A stretch of 44,817 nucleotides of DNA from a virus (lineage: Duplodnaviria > Caudoviricetes): positions 1 to 44,817 of IMG/VR virus record IMGVR_UViG_3300032243_001875; one strand, 5' to 3'. The translations under genes and the position numbers were made by a program. Positions 7,870 through 15,907 of this stretch are shown one piece after another. Position 1 is the stretch's first letter. Each line of letters starts with the position of its first letter. The notes beneath the pieces were generated by a model. It had not been told where the DNA came from. It did no database searches and saw nothing but the letters and a program-made list of their open reading frames with translations.

Positions 7870-8197
7870 ATTCAAAATCAATTCCGTTCTTTGAGTGCTG
7901 TACTGATAAGCCTTTCAAATTCTTCGCCACCTCTTCGATCAACCTAGAGCGACGAATAACTCCAATGCATCGAAATTCTGCGTAAGCTTTACCATTTTCA
8001 GTGTAGATCTGGCGCAAACTATTACGCCATCCGTGCCAGATCTTTTCTGTTGCATTATGGACTTCACCAAGACGACTTTCCTCTACTGATACCCTGAATG
8101 AATAAATATTGAAGGGTAGGTTATTCGTCGTCGTCTTCGCCACCGAAACCGTCGTAGTATTCTTCGCTGTCTTCATCTTCATCTTCCATTTCTTCAT
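7868..8197 (-). CDS. hypothetical protein (start uncertain, overlaps upstream gene)
   Basis: Open frame fills 7868-8120; all ATG/GTG start candidates lie inside the upstream ORF. Confidence 0.55.
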   Translation of the reverse strand: MKKWKMKMKTAKNTTTVSVAKTTTNNLPFNIYSFRVSVEESRLGEVHNATEKIWHGWRNSLRQIYTENGKAYAEFRCIGVIRRSRLIEEVAKNLKGLSVQHSKNGIDFE

Positions 8198-8378
8198 CTT
8201 GACTTACAAGTGGAGTTACTGTTCCGTTCTTGTTGACAAAACTTATCTCCCATGGCGACGAGCCATTCACGTCTGCATCTTCTAAAAACTGTTTTTGCAA
8301 ATCGTTAAGAAAGTTTTCAATATCCTCTAATGTGAACTCGTCATCGTCTGCTTCAATTTGAATCTTAATTTTTGGCAT
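8121..8378 (-). CDS. small highly acidic protein
   Basis: 85 aa, D/E-rich tail (DEEMEDEDEDSEEYYDGFGGEDDDE); AAGGAG SD. Confidence 0.75.
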   Translation of the reverse strand: MPKIKIQIEADDDEFTLEDIENFLNDLQKQFLEDADVNGSSPWEISFVNKNGTVTPLVSQDEEMEDEDEDSEEYYDGFGGEDDDE

Positions 8379-8422
8379 AAAGTCTCCTTTTGTTTTTGGA
8401 CAAGATTACATATAACCACTTT

Positions 8423-8635
8423 TTAGGCATTTCCCTTTTTAACCAACCAGTTATCGGCAACTTCTTCACGCATGATACGGATGTGATCTGGGAAGCGAAA
8501 CGCGATACGAGCACGGTTGCCCTGTATTTCGACAATTTCAATCTCGCCCATTGGTCCATTTTCGTCACCAATTACGACAATTTCACCTTCACGACGAGTA
8601 ATGACGAGAGTGCTGCGCTGTTCTTTCTGTGACAT
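8423..8635 (-). CDS. csrA: carbon storage regulator CsrA family RNA-binding protein
   Basis: LVITRREGEIVVIGD...IEIVEIQGNRARIAFRFPDHIRIMREEV; start at 8635 after AAAGGA. Confidence 0.88.
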   Translation of the reverse strand: MSQKEQRSTLVITRREGEIVVIGDENGPMGEIEIVEIQGNRARIAFRFPDHIRIMREEVADNWLVKKGNA

Positions 8636-8639
8636 GGGG

Positions 8640-8653
8640 TGCAATCCTTTGCA
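8640..8653 (-). promoter_or_regulatory. putative CsrA-binding hairpin (TGCAA-AGGA-TTGCA) overlapping the csrA SD
   Basis: GGA presented in the loop of a 5-bp stem, 4 nt upstream of the csrA ATG. Confidence 0.55.
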
Positions 8654-8692
8654 AGCGGGTGACGGAAACATACTGCACGTTGCAGTAAATAC

Positions 8693-8866
8693 TTAACCTT
8701 CGCCTTCGTAAAACATTTTGTTTGTTTTTGCTATCTCTTCTTTACTTAGGTTTCTTGGAGTAAAAGTAGAGCCTTTACTCACATAATGCCTTAAGATGTT
8801 GCACATAAAGCCAGCAGCCCAAAAAGACAAGATGGCTATTGCAACGTAAGTGATGTATTCGGTCAT
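8693..8866 (-). CDS. small single-pass membrane protein (57 aa, not in ORF track)
   Basis: Manual translation MTEYITYVAIAILSFWAAGFMCNILRHYVSKG...; AAAGGA SD. Confidence 0.65.
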   Translation of the reverse strand: MTEYITYVAIAILSFWAAGFMCNILRHYVSKGSTFTPRNLSKEEIAKTNKMFYEGEG

Positions 8867-8982
8867 GGATATCGTCCTTTCTTGAAGCTCTCTTGAATAA
8901 AACTATGATTAATTTTTAAAAAACTTTCCATCACTTTTCTATCGACATTTGCGCTTTTAGACACATTGTCCAGCGAACCCCT

Positions 8983-9010
8983 ATGATACAGTGTAGCCTA
9001 CCGCTGTCAA
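8983..9010 (-). promoter_or_regulatory. sigma70-like promoter TTGACA-N16-TATCAT
   Basis: -35 at 9005-9010 and -10 at 8983-8988, in the intergenic gap upstream of the csrA unit. Confidence 0.7.
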
Positions 9011-9136
9011 TAGGGCAATGTGTGCATAATCAAAAAAATTGTAGATTAAAAAATTTGCAAAAGACGCCAAGACATAAAAATGAAGGTAGTTGCAGTGTAT
9101 GAAGAATAAGTACGGCAGACTAAAAGACGGGCTTAT

Positions 9137-9769
9137 TTATCTTGTTCTTTTTGAAATGCTAATTAATCCAGCGAATCCGATCAATGCCATTGCGCCTGGT
9201 GCAGGAATCACAACACCAGGTCCAAAATCGCACCAGTCTATAAAATTGCCTTGTGTATTGCCACCAACTGCACTAATGGCTTCAAAAGAAAACCTTGTGA
9301 GGTTTCCAATTGAAGTAATGGTCCCGTAATGCACACCCCATGCAGAATTTCCGTCTGAGTATAGAGAGGTGTGCAGGGTGATGTCATCGCCACCACCCCA
9401 CGCCTGATCCGTACCCAAGTCTGTGATGGTCAGACGCATAGTGTCAACGCCATCACGCCCACGGTGAGCAAAGTGCCAGTTTATGGACTGTGAGTCTCCC
9501 AAGCCGTTTACATCCTGATACAGAGCAGAAGAGTAATTGGCATTGAGTTCTGCAAAGTTCACGCCGTGATATGCAGCAACGCCCATGTTGGGTCCGTTCC
9601 AAATCTCAATCAAATTGTCAGGAGCAGTGGTGAGCCACGGAGTGTCATAGCCACCGCTAAAGAATGAATAGCCCCACGGATCAGCAGACTCAAAACTGCC
9701 GTCTACAATACCAGCATGGGCGGTGCAAGCAACTGCTAAGTTAGCAAATAATAATGTTATATAACGCAT
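9137..9769 (-). CDS. secreted PEP-CTERM-like (IPAPG) surface protein with beta-sandwich/carbohydrate-binding-like domain
   Basis: Signal peptide ending in AHA, IVDGSFE start of the mature domain, C-terminal VIPAPGAMALIGFAGLISISKRTR. Confidence 0.85.
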   Translation of the reverse strand: MRYITLLFANLAVACTAHAGIVDGSFESADPWGYSFFSGGYDTPWLTTAPDNLIEIWNGPNMGVAAYHGVNFAELNANYSSALYQDVNGLGDSQSINWHFAHRGRDGVDTMRLTITDLGTDQAWGGGDDITLHTSLYSDGNSAWGVHYGTITSIGNLTRFSFEAISAVGGNTQGNFIDWCDFGPGVVIPAPGAMALIGFAGLISISKRTR

Positions 9770-9771
9770 TT

Positions 9772-10545
9772 TTAAACTCTCTTTCTGAATGTATTAAAAA
9801 TTTGACTAAGCGCAATGGCAGTTATAGAAGATGGGGCTGGAATGGGATTGGGCGGGTTGTAAGATCCAGTATCTATGCCATAGTAAGGTCCAAGGCCATA
9901 ATTATTTCCAAGAGCAAGAGTGGTGCTGTATACATCAAATGGCATATAACTGGGAGTAAAGAAAATAGCATACGGATCATCGGGAAGGCCATTCTTGTTG
10001 GCAATAAGGCTCATGTTATCATCTGATTTTTCTAATGCTACCTTGACGATAGTATCAGTAAAATCTTTATGTTTTGGATCTAAAGCTGTAACAAGTTCTT
10101 CTTCTTTTTGTTTCTGATCTTTTTTGTCGCTAGGCTTTTTTGAATATCTTGCCAATTCATCCTCAATAGAGTATGGTCTCATGTCTTGAGTGTTGCTTGG
10201 AGGCTGCTTTTGTTGCCATGGCTGAAAAAATGCCTGCTTACCTATAGGCTGATGATTGTCCTGCTTGGCGTGACCGTCATCCTTTTTTAAATCATCAGTG
10301 GCACTTTTATTGCCTCCATCAATCAGTGAATTAACACTGGCAGTCGTTGAAGTAAGGGTTTCAATGCCTTTTTGACCCAATAGAGTAGTAGCAATAGTTA
10401 ATACAATAGTCATAGCGTAAAGTTTCTTTTCAAGAGACTTTACACGACTGTGGCATGTGCGACAGTTTTTTACACAATTAGGACATCCGCTTAAGCCATC
10501 ATCAGATGTTTCACTAACGTTAGAATCTTGTTTTTTAAAAAACAT
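9772..10545 (-). CDS. membrane protein with N-terminal Cys cluster and degenerate PAP-type C-terminal sorting signal
   Basis: CPNCVKNCRTC, TM segment LYAMTIVLTIATTLLG, C-terminus PIPAPSSITAIALSQIFNTFRKRV. Confidence 0.7.
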   Translation of the reverse strand: MFFKKQDSNVSETSDDGLSGCPNCVKNCRTCHSRVKSLEKKLYAMTIVLTIATTLLGQKGIETLTSTTASVNSLIDGGNKSATDDLKKDDGHAKQDNHQPIGKQAFFQPWQQKQPPSNTQDMRPYSIEDELARYSKKPSDKKDQKQKEEELVTALDPKHKDFTDTIVKVALEKSDDNMSLIANKNGLPDDPYAIFFTPSYMPFDVYSTTLALGNNYGLGPYYGIDTGSYNPPNPIPAPSSITAIALSQIFNTFRKRV

Positions 10546-10579
10546 TAGTACCCCCCGATACTTTTATAAATAGATGTAT

Positions 10580-10609
10580 AAAAAAAGATACCAATTATGA
10601 TGGTATCTT
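10580..10609 (-). terminator. putative intrinsic terminator
   Basis: AAGATACCA-tcataat-TGGTATCTT followed by a T run on the minus strand. Confidence 0.55.
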
Positions 10610-10635
10610 CCTTCATTAACTTTATTTTATTTTTA

Positions 10636-10965
10636 TTAAATGCTTAGCGAACTAATCCAAGACTTCACTTTTCTATAAGTCTTGCACGCACTGTTCTTTA
10701 CATTATATACAAACTGCGTAACTGCATCGGTAATTTGATCGTTGATAGAAGCAGGAAATGATGCATGACTAGTAAAGATAAACGGAGTTTCAGTTCCGTC
10801 TAGCGCTGGCTCTTTAAAAACATTATTGCTTACTGCACTAGACTGTTCAACAGGCGTTGCGACCTGTGCTGCCTTCTTTGCCTGTCTCTTCTTGCTTGTT
10901 TGCTTTGGAGCGGCAGTTTTTGGTTGCTTACTTATGTTTTTTGCATTCTTCTTTGATTTACTCAT
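10636..10965 (-). CDS. hypothetical protein with basic low-complexity N-terminus
   Basis: K/A-rich N-terminus, amphipathic C-terminus; start 10965 or 10977. Confidence 0.65.
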   Translation of the reverse strand: MSKSKKNAKNISKQPKTAAPKQTSKKRQAKKAAQVATPVEQSSAVSNNVFKEPALDGTETPFIFTSHASFPASINDQITDAVTQFVYNVKNSACKTYRKVKSWISSLSI

Positions 10966-11962
10966 AATTTTTTCCATTCTTAGTTAAATTGTAGTCAGAT
11001 TCATACATCATTTTTGCGAGACTCTGCATATTGTGTTTTGGCTTCCATTGCAGAACTGACTTTGCCTTCGCAGGGTTCCCTTTTAGGAACGGGACTTCGT
11101 TTGGTCTAAAAAGCCTAGGATCTATTACAACGTATTTGCTGAAATCTCCTAGCCCAGCACAATCAAAAACAACATTTAAGAAATCTCTTACAGTGTATGT
11201 TTCATTGGTTGCAACAACATAGTCGTCACCCTTTTCGTGCTGCATCATAAGCCACATTGCCTCAACATAGTCGCCAGCAAAACCCCAATCTCTTTGAGCA
11301 TCAAGATTTCCTAAGAAAAGCTTTTCCTGAAGGCCCAATTTTATTAGGGCAGCAGCCATAGTAATTTTACGAGTAACAAATGTTTCTCCACGACGCGGAC
11401 TCTCATGGTTAAAGAGTATGCCAGATGAGGCATGCAGGTTATAAGCCTGACGGTAAACTCTCGTTATGTTATGCCCATAAAGTTTAGCAACAGCATATGG
11501 CGATACTGGCAACATATTACTTGTCTCGTTGTAGCCATATGCAGGATTGTAATCTTCGCTGTCTCCATACATTTCAGAAGAAGAAGCTTGATAAAATTTT
11601 GTGTGCTTAGAAATAAGCTTAATAGCTTCAAGCCAATAAAGCGTGCCTTTACAAATCCCATCAGAAGTATATTGTGGTAACTCAAATGATACCGCAACGT
11701 GAGACTGTGCAGCTAAATTATAGATTTCATCTGGCTGATATTCCTGAATAAGTCTTAAGGGAGCATGAGGGTCAAGCAAGTCGTAGTATTTAATAATGAA
11801 ATTAGGATTCGACCTCAGATGGTCAATTCTTCCGGTACTAATAGTAGAAGTACGTCTTTTAAGACCAATTACTCTATATCCTTTACTTAGCAAAAGTTCG
11901 CTAAGATAGGAGCCGTCTTGACCAGTTACGCCAGTGATGATTGCTGTTTTTTGAAATCCCAT
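10958..11962 (-). CDS. gmd: GDP-mannose 4,6-dehydratase
   Basis: TGVTGQDGSYL, YNLAAQSHVAVSF, YQASSSEMYG, SPYAVAK, GILFNHESPRRGETFVTRKIT and RDWG. Confidence 0.96.
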   Translation of the reverse strand: MGFQKTAIITGVTGQDGSYLSELLLSKGYRVIGLKRRTSTISTGRIDHLRSNPNFIIKYYDLLDPHAPLRLIQEYQPDEIYNLAAQSHVAVSFELPQYTSDGICKGTLYWLEAIKLISKHTKFYQASSSEMYGDSEDYNPAYGYNETSNMLPVSPYAVAKLYGHNITRVYRQAYNLHASSGILFNHESPRRGETFVTRKITMAAALIKLGLQEKLFLGNLDAQRDWGFAGDYVEAMWLMMQHEKGDDYVVATNETYTVRDFLNVVFDCAGLGDFSKYVVIDPRLFRPNEVPFLKGNPAKAKSVLQWKPKHNMQSLAKMMYESDYNLTKNGKNYE

Positions 11963-11964
11963 TA

Positions 11965-12300
11965 TTATCCAACCTTAATTATGCCGTCAATTTTGTCTGA
12001 CAATGCCTGCTTGGACATCATTCCAACAACTTTATCTATCGGCTTGCCGTCTTTAAATATTATGATTGTAGGAACAGAATTAATTCCGTACTCAGAAGCG
12101 ATCTTGTAATTTTCTTCTGCATCCATCTTGCAAAGTTTGAATGAGCCATTAAACTCTTCTGCAAGTGATTCCAAAATAGGTCCAAATGTTCTGCAAGGAA
12201 CGCACCAAGGAGTGCTAAACTGCAACAATACCGTGTCAGAACTATTTAAAACTTCAGAATCAAAATTAGATTCGTTAACTACATTGGCTTTATAACCCAT
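11965..12300 (-). CDS. trxA: thioredoxin
   Basis: PWCVPC active site, YGINSVPTIIIFKDG. Confidence 0.9.
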   Translation of the reverse strand: MGYKANVVNESNFDSEVLNSSDTVLLQFSTPWCVPCRTFGPILESLAEEFNGSFKLCKMDAEENYKIASEYGINSVPTIIIFKDGKPIDKVVGMMSKQALSDKIDGIIKVG

Positions 12301-12314
12301 TTCAAACCTCTTTC

Positions 12315-12539
12315 TTAGTTTTCTTGCTGTATATGAGACATCTCTTGCTGCTCTAATACATGCTTGTTATTTAAATTGATAATTTCTTGCTCTAAAGCAT
12401 CAATATATCTTCTTGCCTGACATAAAGTGCCGACTACATATCCAGGAAGTGGATGAAGATCCAAATTGCGCAAGACAAAGTCAATTTGATCCGTCACTTC
12501 TATAGCCTGGTCTTCTTGTGTGTTATCTATATTTTCCAT
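12315..12539 (-). CDS. small hypothetical protein
   Basis: 74-aa ORF; CCGATA motif 7 nt upstream. Confidence 0.7.
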   Translation of the reverse strand: MENIDNTQEDQAIEVTDQIDFVLRNLDLHPLPGYVVGTLCQARRYIDALEQEIINLNNKHVLEQQEMSHIQQEN

Positions 12540-12545
12540 AAAACT

Positions 12546-12580
12546 ATATCGGCTGCCAGACTTAGTCCGACAGCCGATAT
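12546..12580. repeat. intergenic inverted repeat ATATCGGCTG...CAGCCGATAT
   Basis: Perfect 10-bp arms at 12546-12555 and 12571-12580. Confidence 0.6.
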
Positions 12581-12597
12581 TGATGATATTTTCTATT

Positions 12598-13335
12598 TTA
12601 CTTCAAAGACGCTTCGTCAAGACCAAGCATCCTGAATCCTGCTGTATCAAAAGTAAGGACTCCACTGATGGACTCATTGCGAGATACGACAGGTACGACA
12701 AACTCCTCAGCAAGGTCTGGATCAATCTTTTTCAGATCTTCTTCATGACAAGGGCGCTTGTTCATCACCACAACAGGACCATGAGCGTCATTGAAAAAAG
12801 AAAGATGAATCATTCCGTCAAACTTGCACACCTGAGCATGATTGTTTGGGACTGAAGAGATGCTGCCCCACTTATGCAGCACTTCTTCGACAATCTTTGC
12901 TTTGACTGCGCTTGCCGCACTCTTGTCCTGAATTGATGCACCAACTTTTGCTGCGACTTCGCGACGCACTGCACATGTCCAGCCCTCAAAGCACATCATT
13001 GCCATGATGGGCTCCGCTCTTTTTTCTTCACAGATAGATGCGATGATTTCTGGAAGTACAGAAACAAAAGCTTCTTTTTCAACCTGATTGTTAAGACTGC
13101 TTGGGGCAATCTGGGCGCATGAATTGCTCATCAAGAGCAAAATCTGCATGTCCATAGATTTACCTTTGACCTTATTGAAAAAATAAGAAGAAAACTGATT
13201 GATCAGCTCGGAAGCGTCAACGCTTCCATCTTCGACCTTCTTCACCCAATCAGTTTTCGCCAAATTTCCACCTAAGCACTCGTAGTCAAAGGTGACACAC
13301 TCAATACCAAACACTTCTGCATCATCAAATTCCAT
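12598..13335 (-). CDS. hypothetical protein
   Basis: Start reassigned to MEFDD after GAGG SD, 7 nt beyond the upstream stop. Confidence 0.7.
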   Translation of the reverse strand: MEFDDAEVFGIECVTFDYECLGGNLAKTDWVKKVEDGSVDASELINQFSSYFFNKVKGKSMDMQILLLMSNSCAQIAPSSLNNQVEKEAFVSVLPEIIASICEEKRAEPIMAMMCFEGWTCAVRREVAAKVGASIQDKSAASAVKAKIVEEVLHKWGSISSVPNNHAQVCKFDGMIHLSFFNDAHGPVVVMNKRPCHEEDLKKIDPDLAEEFVVPVVSRNESISGVLTFDTAGFRMLGLDEASLK

Positions 13336-13342
13336 GGCTTCC

Positions 13343-13924
13343 TCAGTTTTTGACAAGTTCAGACTCAGTAGATTCACAGTTATTCGCAGCATTCTCAGCC
13401 TGAGCAACATACAGCCCGTGAGCAATCTGTTTTACGTTTTGCTGAAGGAGCAAGTCTCTCAAGATGCGATGAGTAAAGACACGTACAGAATTAGTCATAA
13501 GCTGTCCGCGAGAATCAGAAACAAATTTTGCGACCTCAGTGGGCTCAAAGGGACTTCCTCCCTTCATGCTAATGAATTGGAGAACGCAGTCTCGGAATGA
13601 CTTTTTCTGAGAGCGTTCAACCCTCTGGCGCATAACTTCTTGCACTCCACTGATGTCGCGGGAGCACATCTCAATCACCTTGATTTCCTTGAGCGTATCG
13701 TCCACAACGGTACGAAGCTTATTGGCCTTACGGGCAAGATCTACAGAAGCAATCTGAAAAGTCATTTCTGCAATGACTGCATCAAGTTCTGCACGAGCAT
13801 GTTGGTAGGACTGCTTAAGTTCCTCCAAATCATTTTTCCTGGTCTGAATCAGGCCATACATCTCGTAAGCAGACATTTTGCTCACACACTTACTGCACAT
13901 GTGTAACTCCTTGGTGGTGGACAT
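13343..13924 (-). CDS. coiled-coil protein with N-terminal CxxC and possible C-terminal winged helix
   Basis: CSKC, heptad-rich middle, C-terminal ILRDLLLQQNVKQIAHGLY; leaderless start 6 nt after the -10 box. Confidence 0.7.
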   Translation of the reverse strand: MSTTKELHMCSKCVSKMSAYEMYGLIQTRKNDLEELKQSYQHARAELDAVIAEMTFQIASVDLARKANKLRTVVDDTLKEIKVIEMCSRDISGVQEVMRQRVERSQKKSFRDCVLQFISMKGGSPFEPTEVAKFVSDSRGQLMTNSVRVFTHRILRDLLLQQNVKQIAHGLYVAQAENAANNCESTESELVKN

Positions 13925-13930
13925 GCACGT

Positions 13931-13958
13931 ATGATACATCGTATCTATGCGATGTCAA
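13931..13958 (-). promoter_or_regulatory. sigma70-like promoter TTGACA-N16-TATCAT, leaderless start
   Basis: -35 at 13953-13958 and -10 at 13931-13936. Confidence 0.75.
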
Positions 13959-14049
13959 ACCAAACAGGCTAGTTTTAAAACAAACTTTTGCAGATTACAA
14001 AAGCAGGTATCTTAATCTAAATTTAATTTTTAACATTTTTTAAACTACA

Positions 14050-14427
14050 TCAACCAAGCCAGCCCTGAGACTTGCCAATTTCGATCCATTGGTCTTTACT
14101 CATACTAATTTCAAAAGAAGATTTCTTTTTTAATTTGTGATGGGATGTCATGTGTGGCTTTTTATCCAATCTGGGCGCTTTTTCTGCGTCTCTTTTTTGC
14201 CTAACTGCCTTTTCCTTGGTTTTTTTGCTCATACCACGAGAGGTTGTGGGAGTTTCTTTAGAAACTTTACGAGAAGGCCTGCATTTGGGATATGAACCTT
14301 TGGAGGTGTCAGATCTTCCGCATGGAGGGTGCTTTCCGTTCTTATCTTTCTTAGAAATATCAACCCATTTTTCTTTAAACCAACGGTCTAGATTGGCTTC
14401 TTTTTCTAAATTTTCATCATTTTTCAT
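14050..14427 (-). CDS. basic viral protein (WFKEKWVD...CGR...YPKCRP family) with C-terminal WxxIGxSQGW tag
   Basis: LDRWFKEKWVDIS, PPCGRS and YPKCRPS, a motif set I recall from large phages and giant viruses; GGGAG SD. Confidence 0.75.
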   Translation of the reverse strand: MKNDENLEKEANLDRWFKEKWVDISKKDKNGKHPPCGRSDTSKGSYPKCRPSRKVSKETPTTSRGMSKKTKEKAVRQKRDAEKAPRLDKKPHMTSHHKLKKKSSFEISMSKDQWIEIGKSQGWLG

Positions 14428-14562
14428 AAAAAGTCTCCCGTTTAAATAATATTTCGGTTTTACCTTATATGAACCTTCATACACGAAGGTCAAAACCTGT
14501 CAAAAAAGAAATAATAATGGCTGGCTGACAGGTCTTTGAATCGACAAAAGGAGGGAAGTCGC

Positions 14563-15183
14563 ATGATGAAGAAAAGTCAGAAACTGAGCAAAAAAACTAA
14601 AAACTTTATTGATCACGTAAAAGCGCACCTAGCAGAACATGGCATGGTTTTAATCTGGGGAAGAGGATCTACTGTTCAGTGCGGCGGCTACACAAGCAAC
14701 GCATATTTTTCAGAACATGAGGGAGTCATTAAGGTAGCTCGCAATAATTCATACTGGCTCGAATCTCTTGTTCACGAATACGGACATTTTTTACAATGGC
14801 TATCACGCTCTCGAATATATAAGAATTCACACCACGCCATATTAAATATTGATAAATGGTTTCAAAGAAAAAAAATCACCAAGACAAGATTAAAAAAATC
14901 TTTTAGCATTGTTCGTGAAATGGAAAGAGAATGCGAAATATTAGCTTGTCAATTATCTAAAAAATATCATCTGCCAATTAATAGAAAAGGCTATGCCAAA
15001 AGAGCGAATGTTTATATTTACTCGCATTGGATAATGGAACAGCAGCAGAAGTTTTGGGCATTTAGAAGAGACCCAATGGCAAGTAGGTACATACTATCAT
15101 TGATGCCATCGAATTTTAGAGTTCATGCGCACAAAAAAATACCAAATAACATACAAAAAGCTCTTGAAGGCTATCTTAAATAA
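14563..15183 (+). CDS. HExxH zinc metallopeptidase-like protein
   Basis: LVHEYGHFLQW with downstream EMERECE; AGGAGG SD. Confidence 0.75.
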   Translation: MMKKSQKLSKKTKNFIDHVKAHLAEHGMVLIWGRGSTVQCGGYTSNAYFSEHEGVIKVARNNSYWLESLVHEYGHFLQWLSRSRIYKNSHHAILNIDKWFQRKKITKTRLKKSFSIVREMERECEILACQLSKKYHLPINRKGYAKRANVYIYSHWIMEQQQKFWAFRRDPMASRYILSLMPSNFRVHAHKKIPNNIQKALEGYLK

Positions 15184-15675
15184 TTAAGTTGCGCTTTCTA
15201 GTATGCGACGACTAAATATTAAGTCTTTGCGTATATCACTCATCAAAGAAGTTTTTGCGATATTGTGCCTATGCATAGTAGACGTAAGTGTGTCAAGATA
15301 GCTAAGACACATGTCGGCTACTTCTTTCATATTTTGAGCATGCGTTTGTTCGTGTCTTGAATTTTGCATGGCATCAAAGTATTCGCTTTCTATGCGCGCT
15401 ATTTGTGATTCTAAGTTATTCTTTTCTTCAGAGTCTTGATATTCAAGGGCTTCAAGCATTTGCTTTGATATATCTGATAGAGTATGTACAGAATGTTCGA
15501 CAAGCAAAAAAGCGTCTTTCATAGATTGATGTTCTGGACTTTTGGTGCGCAGTGGTTCAGCCTGCATAATATCTTCCATCAACTTTTTATCTTCTGCACT
15601 TAAATCGGCTTTTTTAATCCACCCCTGACTGCATCCTATTTGAAGCCAACTTGATTTGCTAATTTTAAATTGCAT
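15184..15675 (-). CDS. helical hypothetical protein with N-terminal KISxxxWxxIGxSQGWIKKA tag
   Basis: 163-aa ORF, GGAGG SD. Confidence 0.75.
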   Translation of the reverse strand: MQFKISKSSWLQIGCSQGWIKKADLSAEDKKLMEDIMQAEPLRTKSPEHQSMKDAFLLVEHSVHTLSDISKQMLEALEYQDSEEKNNLESQIARIESEYFDAMQNSRHEQTHAQNMKEVADMCLSYLDTLTSTMHRHNIAKTSLMSDIRKDLIFSRRILESAT

Positions 15676-15907
15676 TAGTAATCCTCCAGCAAAAATTTGT
15701 TAATCTAATTAGTTCATATAACTTGCTATGTTTAGCACATATATCCTGCTGTGTTTTTAACAGAGGATTGTTTCAATTATGAACAACAATGTGTAAAATA
15801 TACTTTTTGTTTTTCATACTGTACGATATAATATGTGTGAGAAAAGACGCTAAAGTTAATTTAAGAAAGGAAAAACGTACTTATAAAAATAAGATTACGT
15901 TCTACAT

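Noticed and set aside
14473-14533. Short inverted repeats (ACCTTC/GAAGGT and ACCTGTCA/TGACAGGT) in a divergent intergenic region
   Set aside because: Only 6-8 bp and not repeated elsewhere; too weak to call operators.
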